This document shows positions 29,901 through 40,688 of a stretch of 64,000 bases of DNA, in pieces. Origin of the DNA: Flaccisagitta enflata (Eukaryota); contig OZ231126.1 in the NCBI GenBank assembly GCA_965153355.1, positions 25,668,001 to 25,732,000 on the forward strand. The letters run 5' to 3'. The stretch's first letter is position 1, and each line of letters starts with the position of its first letter. The notes under the pieces were generated by a model that had not been told where the DNA came from, did no database searches, and saw only the letters and a list, made by a program, of their open reading frames with translations. The position numbers and the translations under genes are program-made.

Positions 29901-30936
29901 ATGGCTGGCAAGAAAGGCGAAATTTGCTCAGTGAAAACGCACCAATTTTTTCCTTCCAACTTTTGCTTGGTGTTTGGTCAAAGTTCATCGGGTTTGTAGT
30001 TGGTCACGAAAAAAATGATAGTTTAAAAAATAGATAATGAAGTAAAGTTAATAAGTTATATAATAGTGAAAGTTAAATTTTGATTTGATTTTAAAGTTGG
30101 AGTATTTTTGTGTGGTTTTTTGGGTATTTAATGGGATGTAGATATTATAGTAATTGACAAAAAAATGTTTTTGAGTAAATTTTAAATATTTTGCTTTGCG
30201 TGCTTCTGAAGAAATACTGGTTACTAAATACTGAAGTTTTTATTGTAAGGTGTTGGACATTTTTTTTGTGACCATATAGTTTAAAGGAAAGACAAGTTGG
30301 CTTACTAATTTGCTAATTGAACGTGAATACCATTTTAAACAACGGATAAAGAAATTGATATTTTTCTACAAGGAAAGCTGTAAAAGTATAGAAAAACTGA
30401 AAAATAACGTGGCCAAGGAGAAGGGGTTGGAGACGATTTTCACAAAGAAGTTTCCCGAAAATTTTTTGGATTTTTGTAAACTGGAGCAAGATTCCAGTGT
30501 GATTGTGATCGACGATTTTTTTTGGGACGCTACTACTGATGAAACTGTGCGATCTGCGTTGATATCTCTAGCGAGCATATGGAATCATCATAAAGGCGCA
30601 ACAACGTTTCTCTGCTTACATTCGTACGACATATTTTTGAAAGCATCTAAATTGAATGTAATTCTCATGAACTCTTCTCATCTTATTTTCTTTAAGACTG
30701 CACACGACGCTCGCGCCGCTAAACGACTTATGGGACATTACATGCTGAATTTGAAAGGTGGACAGACCCTCTTTGACGTTTATAAGCGGCAAGTTTTGGA
30801 AAAAAATTTTTCTTACATCGTGGTTGCTCTTTCGCCGTTGAGTACGAAGCCATCGGTTTGGTCCCAAGTGTTGCTTGCAGAGGAGTGTCCGATGCTTTGT
30901 TTTAACGAATCGTCGTCGGATAGCGACGGGGAGTGA
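29901..30936 (+). CDS. A32/FtsK-like DNA packaging ATPase; exons 29901-29991 and 30287-30936 (~246 aa)
   Basis: Splicing the phase-1 intron 29992-30286 (GTTTGT...TTAAAG) restores Walker A LVFGQSSSGKT. Walker B is VIVIDD. WNHH and NSSHLIFFK resemble Polinton ATPase motifs. Confidence 0.9.
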
Positions 30937-30939
30937 CCG

Positions 30940-31269
30940 ATGGCCTGCCGGTCAAAGAAAAGATTAAAAAAGTTAGTAACTGTGTGCGTAGAGGACAAAT
31001 TATTTGACAAAAAATTGAAAAACAGCGTGTTTGAGTGCATTGTGGAAATTGTTAAAAATGCGTCAAAAAAGCGGCTTTCAAAGTGTTTCAGTTCAAAAAC
31101 AAAAAAAATGATGAGACGGAATAAAGACATTTTGTCGTATTTGAAAAATAAAAAAATTTCGATGAAAAGGAGAAAAAAACGGTTTTTGAAGTGTGATAAG
31201 AATGAGCAAGATTTGTTTGAATCCTACATAATCGCCGATTTTATGAAAAATTGTCTCAACCATGAGTGA
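30940..31269 (+). CDS. Small basic Polinton-type protein (109 aa)
   Basis: The pattern ECIVEIVKN...KKMMRRNKDILSYLKNKKISMKRRKKRFL resembles the conserved basic gene next to Polinton ATPases. It starts 3 nt after the ATPase stop and overlaps the next ATG. Confidence 0.6.
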   Translation: MACRSKKRLKKLVTVCVEDKLFDKKLKNSVFECIVEIVKNASKKRLSKCFSSKTKKMMRRNKDILSYLKNKKISMKRRKKRFLKCDKNEQDLFESYIIADFMKNCLNHE

Positions 31270-32326
31270 AAAACAAACGCCTTATCTTAAAACGCCGCAT
31301 GTGCTTAAAATTTTAAACAACGAATCCGTTTCTTGTGAAGAAAAACTTACGAATATTAAGAATTTGATTGACGGAAACAAGTTGACAATTGCGCCGTCTG
31401 GAGCGGAACTGCCGAGTGGTGCACAAAACACGGTGACTAGTTCGGCGCCGGTGATGACTCCAACTCAATCTGCAATTGAGAAAATTGAGGATGAGATAAA
31501 GGGAGGTAAAGAAAAACAATATGCATTGAGTCTGTTAAATGAAATAGACCGCAGTGACTACATCAGTTTTAACCCGGAGACCTTGGAAATAATTGTGGAT
31601 GGTGAAACCATAAAATTTTCCAACGTGAAAAACTTAGTACAGTATTGTATAAGCGCAGCTCCGTCGCAGATGCCATTAGCAATCGCAATTTTCATACAAT
31701 GTATGATTAGGATTAAAGTACCACATGAACTTTTGCGGCATGGTGATGCTCAGGCTCTCCGTGAATCCCTTATAAAGATAGATGAATTGAAGGGTAAAGG
31801 TTCGGCAAGTGAAGAAGTTGCACCACATGTTGTTGGTGATTCGGCATCAAGTGAAGTGGTGACGCCAGAGGGAAGTTCTGGTGAGAGAAGTGAATCAAGT
31901 GACCGTGGCAAAAAAAGGGCGTTGGAGGAGGATGAGAATGCAATTGACGAATCTGTGACACTAAACCCCGCGAAAAAATTGTATGGTTTGGAAAAGCCAT
32001 CTTTAGATAAGATTAGGACTAATCCAAAATTACGCGATGCCATTTCTGAAAAGTGGCATGATGTGATGACCAAGGCCACTCCCACGTCAAGGTCAAGGAA
32101 GCGAAAGGCGTCATTGGCGTTTCCAAAATCTGCGGAAGAAGAGGAAGATGAATGGTATGACGCCAAAAAGCCGGCCATCCCCACGTCGAAGTCGAGGAAG
32201 CGAAAGGCAGCGTTGGCATTTCCTGATTCTGTAGAGGAAGAAAGTGATAAATGGTATGATGCCAATAGGACGGCCAACCCCTCGTCGAGATCAAAGAAGC
32301 GGCAAGTGACACTTGATGTGCAGTGA
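31262..32326 (+). CDS. Polinton-type hypothetical protein (354 aa) with a C-terminal 33-aa duplication
   Basis: FNPETLEIIVDGETIKFSNVKNLV resembles the W/FN..GE...G..I.GSNI.DL motif of conserved Polinton ORFs. The ORF is intact. Confidence 0.65.
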   Translation: MSEKQTPYLKTPHVLKILNNESVSCEEKLTNIKNLIDGNKLTIAPSGAELPSGAQNTVTSSAPVMTPTQSAIEKIEDEIKGGKEKQYALSLLNEIDRSDYISFNPETLEIIVDGETIKFSNVKNLVQYCISAAPSQMPLAIAIFIQCMIRIKVPHELLRHGDAQALRESLIKIDELKGKGSASEEVAPHVVGDSASSEVVTPEGSSGERSESSDRGKKRALEEDENAIDESVTLNPAKKLYGLEKPSLDKIRTNPKLRDAISEKWHDVMTKATPTSRSRKRKASLAFPKSAEEEEDEWYDAKKPAIPTSKSRKRKAALAFPDSVEEESDKWYDANRTANPSSRSKKRQVTLDVQ

Positions 32327-32362
32327 TACGTTTTCTGTGAAGAGAAGTTAAAGTTGTGGAAG

Positions 32363-33535
32363 ATGCGAATTGAATCAAGGGAGGTTTTAAAAAGGGCGAT
32401 AAGCGGAAAGGGCTCGCCGTTATTCCTGTCCAAAAATGCAAATGACATTAGAGGATATTTGAAACGAAAAGGATTTGACATTGAAATCGGTGAAATAAAG
32501 GAATATTTGGCCGAGCAGAAAAGCGGCAGCGTGATTATAAAAAATAATAGTGAGAAATTGATAAGTGAGGTTTCTCGTCCATACATCCTCCCCCCATCAT
32601 TCTTTGAGTGGATAAATGTCGACTTGTGTGTTCTAAGTAGAAATCATGGCTACGGAAGGGGGAGCACGCGGTACATTATGGTTATTGTATGTGGATTGAG
32701 TCTTTTTACGTATTTTTCTGCTTGCCATGGAAAGGACAGCAATTCAATCATACGATGCTTCAAAAATGTGTTTGACCGAAGCAAGTACCTGCCAGAGAGA
32801 GCAAAGAAGCTGTTTAGCGATAAAGGTACGGAATGGACGGCAGGTGCAGTAAAAGACTTCCTACTTTCGAATGGAATAAGGTGTTATGCCCTGGAACCCA
32901 AAAGGTTGGAGAGAAAGGGAAGAGGTAATGTTTTTTGTGAGAATTCTATAAGATTGATGAGAGCGTACCTCCAGAGATATCAATTAGACGTGGGTAATGA
33001 TGTGTCATTTGCAAAAAAGTTGATTGAAATCGAAAAAGCCGTGAATTCAAAGGCCAGGTCAAGTTTGGGAGGAATATCGAGTGAGACTGCATTGACATAC
33101 GACCCAGTTCATATAAGAAACATCAAGGCCGGCAATAGATTTCGAAGGCGGAAATCTTTGAGAAAATACGTGGATAAACCAAAAAAACTTTCTCTATTTT
33201 CCATTGTAAAGGTCCGTCGGTATGGAAAGAAGGAGATTTTTGAGAAAGAATCTTACGGGACACTGTCAAGGAATTACTATTGTGTTATTGATGTTGTAAA
33301 TTATGGCATGGTTTATTATCATTTGCTCGGTTCGGTGTTTGATTTATCCCCTGTTAGTGATTCTAAATTTAGTTACGCGGAATTGCAGTTTTACGAGGAA
33401 TTATCTATTGCCAAAGCAAGATATCTGAATGTGTTACACAGTTCCGAGGTCGTTAGTCGTGACAATGTGTATATATATTTGAAGCCTGATTATTGTAAAG
33501 AAACGTTTTATGCTACTAAAAATGCTTTGGGGTGA
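32363..33535 (+). CDS. Retroviral-type (rve) DDE integrase (390 aa)
   Basis: INVD (32621), FSDKGTEW (32819) and FCENSIR (32939) give the D-D-E triad. The C-terminal IVKVRR..KEIFEKESY segment resembles Polinton integrases. Confidence 0.9.
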   Translation: MRIESREVLKRAISGKGSPLFLSKNANDIRGYLKRKGFDIEIGEIKEYLAEQKSGSVIIKNNSEKLISEVSRPYILPPSFFEWINVDLCVLSRNHGYGRGSTRYIMVIVCGLSLFTYFSACHGKDSNSIIRCFKNVFDRSKYLPERAKKLFSDKGTEWTAGAVKDFLLSNGIRCYALEPKRLERKGRGNVFCENSIRLMRAYLQRYQLDVGNDVSFAKKLIEIEKAVNSKARSSLGGISSETALTYDPVHIRNIKAGNRFRRRKSLRKYVDKPKKLSLFSIVKVRRYGKKEIFEKESYGTLSRNYYCVIDVVNYGMVYYHLLGSVFDLSPVSDSKFSYAELQFYEELSIAKARYLNVLHSSEVVSRDNVYIYLKPDYCKETFYATKNALG

Positions 33536-33643
33536 TGTTGATTACGATTTGTAAATAAGTGTTTTAATTTGTGTATTAGGTAATTGGAAAACTTGAAAGA
33601 GCGTGAAAAGTGTATAGACTTGTGTAAATCTGCATCAACGGAT

Positions 33644-34150
33644 ATGTCACCTGTGTTTAACGCGACTTGGGCCAATTTTGGTGCACCAAGTGGGATTGGA
33701 GGTGAAGTTGGGAATTTGACGGGAAGTGACGTCGATGATTTGGTGTGGAGTGGTGACGGAAGTTGGAACGTTACCCAAATGAACAGTAGTATCGGCGGTG
33801 ACATTGATTTGAGAGGCGGTGGAGACGGATATTGGTGGGAAGAGAAGGGAGAAGGCGACGACTTTCCTGTGGTGAAATTTGGACCGGATTTGACTTTTCT
33901 CGAACCGCTAGGAGTGTACATCAACTTGGCGTTGCTGGTTGTTGCGATTGTGCTGACGATTGGAGTTGTGTGTAGGTGTGTGGCGGGGAAGGTACGAGTC
34001 ACATTGGATAGGCGCCGTGGGGCGGAGATTGCGCTGCAGTTGGGATCGACGGGCGACGTAGTTGAACGCGTCGTGGTGACTGAAGCAGTTGGCCGACGGG
34101 AGAATGGCGTTGGAGACCGTCCAGGAAATCCACGTGGATTCGCGATCTAG
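33644..34150 (+). CDS. Single-pass membrane protein (~168 aa)
   Basis: Hydrophobic segment LGVYINLALLVVAIVLTIGVVC is followed by basic residues. Four N-x-S/T sequons precede it. Confidence 0.6.
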   Translation: MSPVFNATWANFGAPSGIGGEVGNLTGSDVDDLVWSGDGSWNVTQMNSSIGGDIDLRGGGDGYWWEEKGEGDDFPVVKFGPDLTFLEPLGVYINLALLVVAIVLTIGVVCRCVAGKVRVTLDRRRGAEIALQLGSTGDVVERVVVTEAVGRRENGVGDRPGNPRGFAI

Positions 34151-34961
34151 GGGATGTTATCAGAAACAGACAAGTAGTTTTCATATGAATTTACCTGGAA
34201 TAAACCTTCCCAAAGGTCGCGACCTTTTTGTGAATGTAAGTGATTTTACACTGCCCATTATTGAAAAGAATCTTTCATTTGTGATGTATTATGGTTTAGA
34301 CACTTTGAATATTGAAGAAGACGCTGTAAAGGAATATAATTTTGTATTTAGTAGCTTAAATCAATTTGCCACACAATTGCACTGTGCTGTTGTTAATGAT
34401 TTTATATATAAAAGCAAGTGTGTGGAAAAGGAGGGTGATTTAGTAGGTGGTGGGAGGAAAGATGATGTCGACAGCGTGTTTTATGTAAGATTTATGGATG
34501 GAATGTTCCAAATGCAGTTGGACGAAAATTGTGTGCTTTTTGCCTCGGATAATTTGTTTCAGTTTATGGCCTTTTATGATGAGGTTTATGATGCCAAGAA
34601 TGGGAGTAATAAGGAAAAAGTTTTGGCACCCGCTGGAAATACTGATTTCATGAAGGTATGTAAACGTTTAACATTTGGTGCACCAAAGAATTTTTTTAGT
34701 GATAGTGATAGGGTGTGCCATTTGGTAATTGACAACTGTTTGAGCCCCGTTGCATGTTTTGACGGTGGCAGATACAACGTGATATGTAGTTATGATTTGG
34801 AAAAGATGAAAATGGTATCGAATTATAGAAAATTTTTTTCTGATGGTTTAAGAAATATTAGTTTTTCTGTGTTGGATAATAATTTTAAGCCATTCGACTT
34901 TGGTTGTTGTTTGAAAAATCAATCGTTGCGTTTTGTATTAAATGTTGTTGCAAAAATTTAA
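34104..34961 (+). CDS. Minor capsid (penton) protein (285 aa)
   Basis: N-terminal IHVDS...QTSSFHMNLPGINL...VNVSDFTLP and C-terminal LRNISFSVLDNNFKPFDF match the Polinton single-jelly-roll penton pattern. Confidence 0.75.
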   Translation: MALETVQEIHVDSRSRGCYQKQTSSFHMNLPGINLPKGRDLFVNVSDFTLPIIEKNLSFVMYYGLDTLNIEEDAVKEYNFVFSSLNQFATQLHCAVVNDFIYKSKCVEKEGDLVGGGRKDDVDSVFYVRFMDGMFQMQLDENCVLFASDNLFQFMAFYDEVYDAKNGSNKEKVLAPAGNTDFMKVCKRLTFGAPKNFFSDSDRVCHLVIDNCLSPVACFDGGRYNVICSYDLEKMKMVSNYRKFFSDGLRNISFSVLDNNFKPFDFGCCLKNQSLRFVLNVVAKI

Positions 34962-34967
34962 TTACAG

Positions 34968-35429
34968 ATGGCCATTAGTAGTGAAGCGTTGATGGCAATT
35001 GCCGCTAGGATGCGTGGAAATTGTCAAAATTCTGTTGCGTCAACTACAAGGGAGAACAGTGCTGCGCTGGAGACATTTAAGGATGATTTGAAAACTGTAG
35101 AAAAGAATAAAAAAAAGGAAGAGAAGGAAGAGAAGAAGAAAAAGGCACCCACTGCGACAAAGAAGGCTGATGGGAAAAAGGGGGAAAAAAAGGAACCTGC
35201 GAAAAAAAAGAATGAAAGAAAGACTACTCCCAAGGAAAGTAAAAAGTTGAGTGAAAAAAAGGGGAAGAAGAGAAAAAAATTGAAAACTGCAAAAACTGCA
35301 AAAAAATCGCGAAAACATATGCCATTGGATGAATCTACCAGTAGCAGCAGCGACTCGTCAAGTGATGAATCGTCATCGTCTAGCTCGAGCAGTGACAGTG
35401 AGACGGATGAATCGAGCGAATCTGACTAA
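34968..35429 (+). CDS. Lys-rich protein with Ser/acidic tail (153 aa), possible DNA-binding core protein
   Basis: Intact ORF starting 6 nt after the penton stop. Function is inferred from composition only. Confidence 0.55.
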   Translation: MAISSEALMAIAARMRGNCQNSVASTTRENSAALETFKDDLKTVEKNKKKEEKEEKKKKAPTATKKADGKKGEKKEPAKKKNERKTTPKESKKLSEKKGKKRKKLKTAKTAKKSRKHMPLDESTSSSSDSSSDESSSSSSSSDSETDESSESD

Positions 35430-35537
35430 TGTGTATTATTGTGTACTGTGGTTATTGCACGTGCCTATTGTATAGATGATTGATATTTGTTAAATATGCA
35501 AATTATTTTACAGATTAAGATACAGTGAGAAAACAAA

Positions 35538-37055
35538 ATGCCTGGAAGAAAAGTGATCCACGTTCACGTTCGTGAATGTAGTTCCGATAAATGGTTCTGC
35601 AAAGCGTTGGAATGGTTGTCACGTGGATTGTGGCCCAGATTGGGACAAATCGATGCGGGGCTTAGGCGGGCGAAAAAATTTGTAAACAAATGTTCAAACG
35701 ATAAAATTCAAAGTTTGAATCTCGTTTGTGTGCCATTGAAAAAGAAGTCAATCACACCTCCAAGAATCGGCGTGTCGAAAACCGGTCAGATGGAGTGGAA
35801 GTACCCAGTAAACACCGAATCGGACGACCACGAGAACCAGTTGGCGCCCAGTTTGAACGTGGAATTAACGAGTGTCAGCGACGGCTTCGAGGCGGCGACG
35901 GACGCCCCCTCCACGATGCAGGCGTACGTGAAGGGAGCGGTGGAGGTGGGTAAGAAGTTGCACGATGAGATTGCGGGAGTGGTGAAGAGGAAGCGAGAGA
36001 TTGACATGGAGTGGAAGATGAAGATGGCAAAGTTGACGGTGAGGGAAGATGTCTATGGCGAATCCCGGCATATGGACTGGCACAGAGCGAGAATCAACGA
36101 GGAATACCACGATAAGGTGGAGGAGTGGAAGGAGGCGAAGAGAATTTGCCAGAGACATTACGAATGTTGGAGGGTGCAAGGGCAGATGGGCACACACAGT
36201 GGTATGGGCATTGCCTGTAGCTGCTCGAGGGACACTGTTGATGGGGGAAGCGACACTTCGAGCGATGAAGACGACGATGACAACGACGATAGTGATGACG
36301 ACGATAACGATGGTGGTAACAGCGGCGGCGGTGATAACGATAACGGCGACGATGTTGGAGATAACAGCAATAACGGGGAGAGTGATGGAGCTGGAAATCG
36401 CAACGGCGGCAACGGTGGTGACAACGACGGCGGTGACAGCGATGGTGGTGACAACGGCGGTGGTGACAGCAATGGTGGTGACAACGGCGGTGGTGACAGC
36501 AATGGTGGTGACAACGGCGGTGGTGACAGCGATGGTGGTGACAACGGCGGTGGTGACAGCAATGGTGGTGACAACGGCGGTGGTGACAGCAATGGTGGTG
36601 ACAACGGCGGCGATGACAACGACGGTGGTGACAAAGATGGCGGCAACAACGATGGTGGTGACAAAGACGGCGGCAACAACGATGGTGGTGGCAACGAAGT
36701 TGGAGATGGGGGTGACGGTGGAAAGGTAGGCGATGTGATTGTAAAGGTGGAGGTTCCGAGCGACGATGAGGGTGAATGCTGCGTAACAGAACTTTGCCCG
36801 AGGCGTATGAACAATATTTGGAAGTATCACGAGGAACGCGGGATTAGGCCGGGTGTAAACTGCAAATGCAGCACCTGCGTTATGATTGATTGGGTGAAGC
36901 CAAATAGCGACCAGGCAGGCGAAAAGGGCGAAAACGACGACGAAGATGTGAAGGTTTTCTCTGGTGGTGAGGATTGTGAATGCGGATGTGGCGAAACGAG
37001 TTCCTCTTGTGATGACGACGAAGACGGCAGCGAACCTGACATAATTTGGATGTGA
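35538..37055 (+). CDS. Hypothetical protein (505 aa) with G/D/N 10-aa repeat and Cys clusters
   Basis: Long ORF co-oriented with the element. A 30-bp repeat spans ~36410-36690. Confidence 0.6.
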   Translation: MPGRKVIHVHVRECSSDKWFCKALEWLSRGLWPRLGQIDAGLRRAKKFVNKCSNDKIQSLNLVCVPLKKKSITPPRIGVSKTGQMEWKYPVNTESDDHENQLAPSLNVELTSVSDGFEAATDAPSTMQAYVKGAVEVGKKLHDEIAGVVKRKREIDMEWKMKMAKLTVREDVYGESRHMDWHRARINEEYHDKVEEWKEAKRICQRHYECWRVQGQMGTHSGMGIACSCSRDTVDGGSDTSSDEDDDDNDDSDDDDNDGGNSGGGDNDNGDDVGDNSNNGESDGAGNRNGGNGGDNDGGDSDGGDNGGGDSNGGDNGGGDSNGGDNGGGDSDGGDNGGGDSNGGDNGGGDSNGGDNGGDDNDGGDKDGGNNDGGDKDGGNNDGGGNEVGDGGDGGKVGDVIVKVEVPSDDEGECCVTELCPRRMNNIWKYHEERGIRPGVNCKCSTCVMIDWVKPNSDQAGEKGENDDEDVKVFSGGEDCECGCGETSSSCDDDEDGSEPDIIWM

Positions 37056-37209
37056 GACAATGAATAGAAGTGCCGTGGAGTATTTTTTTGTGTTTATGCA
37101 GTGTAAATTGATTACAATAATACAATGAATATGCAATATTTTAACCTATGTTTGTTAGATTGATAATTGTTGAATTGATTTGCAGATATCATTTAGTTGG
37201 AAAAATAAC

Positions 37210-37878
37210 ATGGAGAATACCAAAGTGATTACCCCGGTGAAATGTGACAATCCTGGATGCGCCTGCACGAATTGCAGATGTTGTGTTAGAAAGAAACTAG
37301 AATCGACGGAAATGGGGGCAACGAGTGACGGACTGAGTAGCTTAATGTGGAATGCGGATGGTAGGGAGATGGAGATTGAGGTGGTGGAGTGTGCTAAGGT
37401 GAGGTGTGATGAAGATGACGTGAACGGAGTTGCTTTGGGCATTGCGGATGAAGAAGCTGAGTTGGAGAGGTGGTTGGGGGAATTGATGCTCGACGACGCG
37501 GAAGACAAGGATGTTAACGGTGGGTTGTCATGCATTGAAATGGACTCGCGTGTGCGTGACAACTCCGCCGATCAAAACGGGTCAACGGATCGCGAATTTG
37601 TGGACGCATCGTTGTTTACGCCGCCGGCGATCGGCGTTGGATTGGTGGTCGACAAAGGCGTGGACGCGTCGATGTTTACGCCGCTCGTGATCGACATTGG
37701 GCCAACGGTTGGCGAAGATGTGGAGGCACCGATGTCTACGCCACCCGCAATCGACATCCAGAGGACCGCGTGGGTGGAATACTACTGTGGACCGGTTAAA
37801 CCCGTTCTGTTGGCGGATTTTGGAGTGGATTGGAAATCGGTTACCAAGGAAGAGGTGGTGGAGATTAGCCCACTATAA
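37210..37878 (+). CDS. Acidic hypothetical protein with N-terminal Cys cluster; last codons replaced by a transposon insertion
   Basis: Starts MENTK with CDNPGCACTNCRCC. The stop lies inside the TIR of the 37868-40680 insertion. Confidence 0.55.
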   Translation: MENTKVITPVKCDNPGCACTNCRCCVRKKLESTEMGATSDGLSSLMWNADGREMEIEVVECAKVRCDEDDVNGVALGIADEEAELERWLGELMLDDAEDKDVNGGLSCIEMDSRVRDNSADQNGSTDREFVDASLFTPPAIGVGLVVDKGVDASMFTPLVIDIGPTVGEDVEAPMSTPPAIDIQRTAWVEYYCGPVKPVLLADFGVDWKSVTKEEVVEISPL

Positions 37879-40680
37879 AAACACGCTTTTTCATGCTGAG
37901 GCTCTCTATCCAAGGAATCTGGCTCAAAATCATGTATATAGATAGTCCATCACAAAAATTTGACCTTGGGGCTTCTCTAAAGTGTGCCCGCCACACCCCT
38001 CCTAATGCATAAGTGGTGGTGTTGTTTTTTTTACATCATCACATATTACTCATCTTTGTAAACTTATATCTCCTAAACGAATAAATCTAGTGACCTCAAT
38101 TTGGGCTCATTTTAAAGAGCTTTACTGACTCTTTAAAATGAGCTCAAGTTGAGATCATCAGCTGTATTCATTTAGAAGCAGTTTTTTTTCAAAGTTGATG
38201 CCTTTTTGGAGAAAATATTGATTTTTGTGACAACTTTGCAAGCTTGTATCTCCCAAACGAATAAAGCTACTGACCTCAACTTAAGCTTTCATTACTTTTT
38301 AGTCGCGTGCTACGTGACTCTACACCCCACCATGTCAGTTGGTTGGTCCGTTGGTTGGTCGGTTGGTTGGTCGGTTCCCTTTTTTATTTTTTCGGCGTTT
38401 TGAGCTTTTTGAGCATACAGCTCCTGCCCAGATGCCCTAGTGACCTTCTCCAGCACTGCTCCAGCCCACCTGCACGCAACTAGGGTATCCGTGTATCCGG
38501 CCTTGTTAAAATGAGCCCAAGTTCAGGTCTGTAACTTCATTTGTTAAGAAGCAGTCGTCTTACAAAGCTGATGTCTTCATGAAGGAAAAAGTAATTTTGT
38601 CATTAAACTTAAATTTTATATTTTGTTTTATTTTACCCTATTACAGTCAGGTGATACACTGGCTCGTTGGTAACTGCCATTTACTGTGGGTTTGGGACCT
38701 GCAGAGGGCCCTTCAAAGAGCCCACATGGCCTCAATAATGGTAAAAATGACCCCAATACTGAAAAAAATGCTTTTTTTATGCCTTGGGGTATCCTAATGG
38801 TACACTGACTCATCGGTAATTTCCATCTAGTGTGGCAGGAGATGAACAGATGGTTAACAGAGGGTTAGTACCCTTGGGGGGCCTTTGAAAGGCCCTTTAG
38901 GGCTCAAAAATAGCCAAAATTGTTCCAAGATTGAAAAAATACTTACTTTTCTGCATTGAAGCACCCTAGAAGCAGTCATTCCTATCATGTGTAGTGGGAT
39001 ATGTACAGGTTTATTACAGAAAATCAAGACCCCTGGGGGTCTCCGTAAGGACCCCAAAGGGCCCTAAAATGGTGAAATATCATTTTATGTTCTTTTTTGT
39101 TTTCTGCTGCATTTTACCATGACGCTGCTTAGATAGCTAATTTGAGGCCTGAGAGGCCAGGTTTTAGCCCTGAGGATTTGAATTTGAGGCCTGGAAAGCC
39201 TAATTTGAGGTCTGAATGGCCAGGATTTGAGGCCTGATAGGCTGGGTTTGAGGCCTGAGAGGCTGGATTTGAGGCCAGATTTGAGGTCTAAGAGGCCAGA
39301 TATGAGGTCTCAAAGGCCAGATTTGAGGCATGAAGGGCCTGATAAGGAGGCTGGGAGGATGAATGGATGGTAGCATAAATAAACCAACGAACAGACAAAC
39401 AAAAGTGTTCTACAGGACTTTTTCCCCCTTGGCGCCGCTGCCCAAAAATTGAACGTTGCTCAATTTTTTAGTTTTTTTACCTTATTCTTTTGTCCTTGAG
39501 AGCTCTTAAGTGGCCTCTGGGGGACTCAAGCCTCCTTGACTCTTTACAAATCTCTTTCATGACTACATTGCAATGACTCACAAGGCAGTGTCACAATTGA
39601 GTGCAGCAGAATAGAAAAAAAAACATAAGATAATACTCTTCCAGAGCATTTTGGGCTTTTTTGGGTCACTCAGGGTCTTCAAGGGGGCCCCTAGGAATCC
39701 GAATCTTTGGTAATTCACATATTCATATCCCACCACGCTATACGGGAATTACTGATGAGTGGGACTACTTCTAGGAAAGCAGTATTTTTCAATCTTTAAG
39801 CCATTTTTGCCATTTTTGCTCTTCAAAGGGCCCCTAGGGGTCCAAACCCTCTATTATCCATCTGTACATCTCCTGCCACACTAGATGGAAATAACTAAGA
39901 AGTCAGTGTACCACTGGGATACCTCAAAGCAGAAAAAAGACAATTTTTTCAGTAATTGGGGGCATCTTTACCATTTTTGAGGCCATGTAGGCTCTTTAGG
40001 GGCCCTCTTTGGGTCTCAAACCCCCATTATCTATCTATTAATGTACCCTCACAGTAGATGGCAATTAACAATGAGCCAGTGCATCACCTGACTATAATGG
40101 GGTAGAAAAAAAGCCTAATTATAGAATTTTAGTTTAATGACAAGAACTACTATTTTCTTCATGAAGACATCAGCTTTGTTAGACAACTGCTTCTTACCAA
40201 AGAAAGTTGCAGACCTCAACTTGGGCTCATTTTAAAGAGTAAGTAAAGCTCTCCAAAATGAGCCTGAGTTGAGGTCAGTAGCTTTATTCATTTAGGAGAT
40301 AAAAGCTCGCAAAGCTGTAACAAAAATCAATATTTTCTCCAAAAAGACATCAACTTTGGGAGACAACTGCATTTAAACGAATAAAGCTAATGATCTCAAC
40401 TTTGGCTCATTTTAAAGAGTAAGTAAAGCTCTTTAAAATGAGCCCAAATTGAGGTCAGTAGCTTTATTCGTTAAGGAGATATAAGCTTACAAAGATGAGT
40501 AAAATATGACAATGTGAAAAAAACAACACCACCACTTGTGCATTAGGAGGGGTGTGGCGGGCACACTTTAGAGAAGCCCCAAGGTCAAATTTTTGTAATG
40601 GACTATCTATATACATGATTTTGAGCCAGATTCCTTGGATAGAGAGCCTCACCATGAAAAAACGTGTTTTTATAGTGGGC
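37868..40680. mobile_element. 2.8-kb non-autonomous foldback DNA transposon with long TIRs and a TA target duplication
   Basis: Junctions read TA|GCCCACTATAAAAACACG...CGTGTTTTTATAGTGGGC|TA. The arms stay inverted-homologous for roughly 1 kb. It carries nested family A (38297-38506) and family B (~39143-39447) elements. No transposase ORF. Confidence 0.9.
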
Positions 40681-40688
40681 TAGTGGAG

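Noticed and set aside
29196-29959. Lys/Glu-rich or Phe/Leu-rich ORFs upstream of the ATPase
   Set aside because: Purine-rich low-complexity tract.
31750-37136. Antisense ORFs (31750-32586, 35865-37136 and others)
   Set aside because: Shadows of the + strand viral genes.
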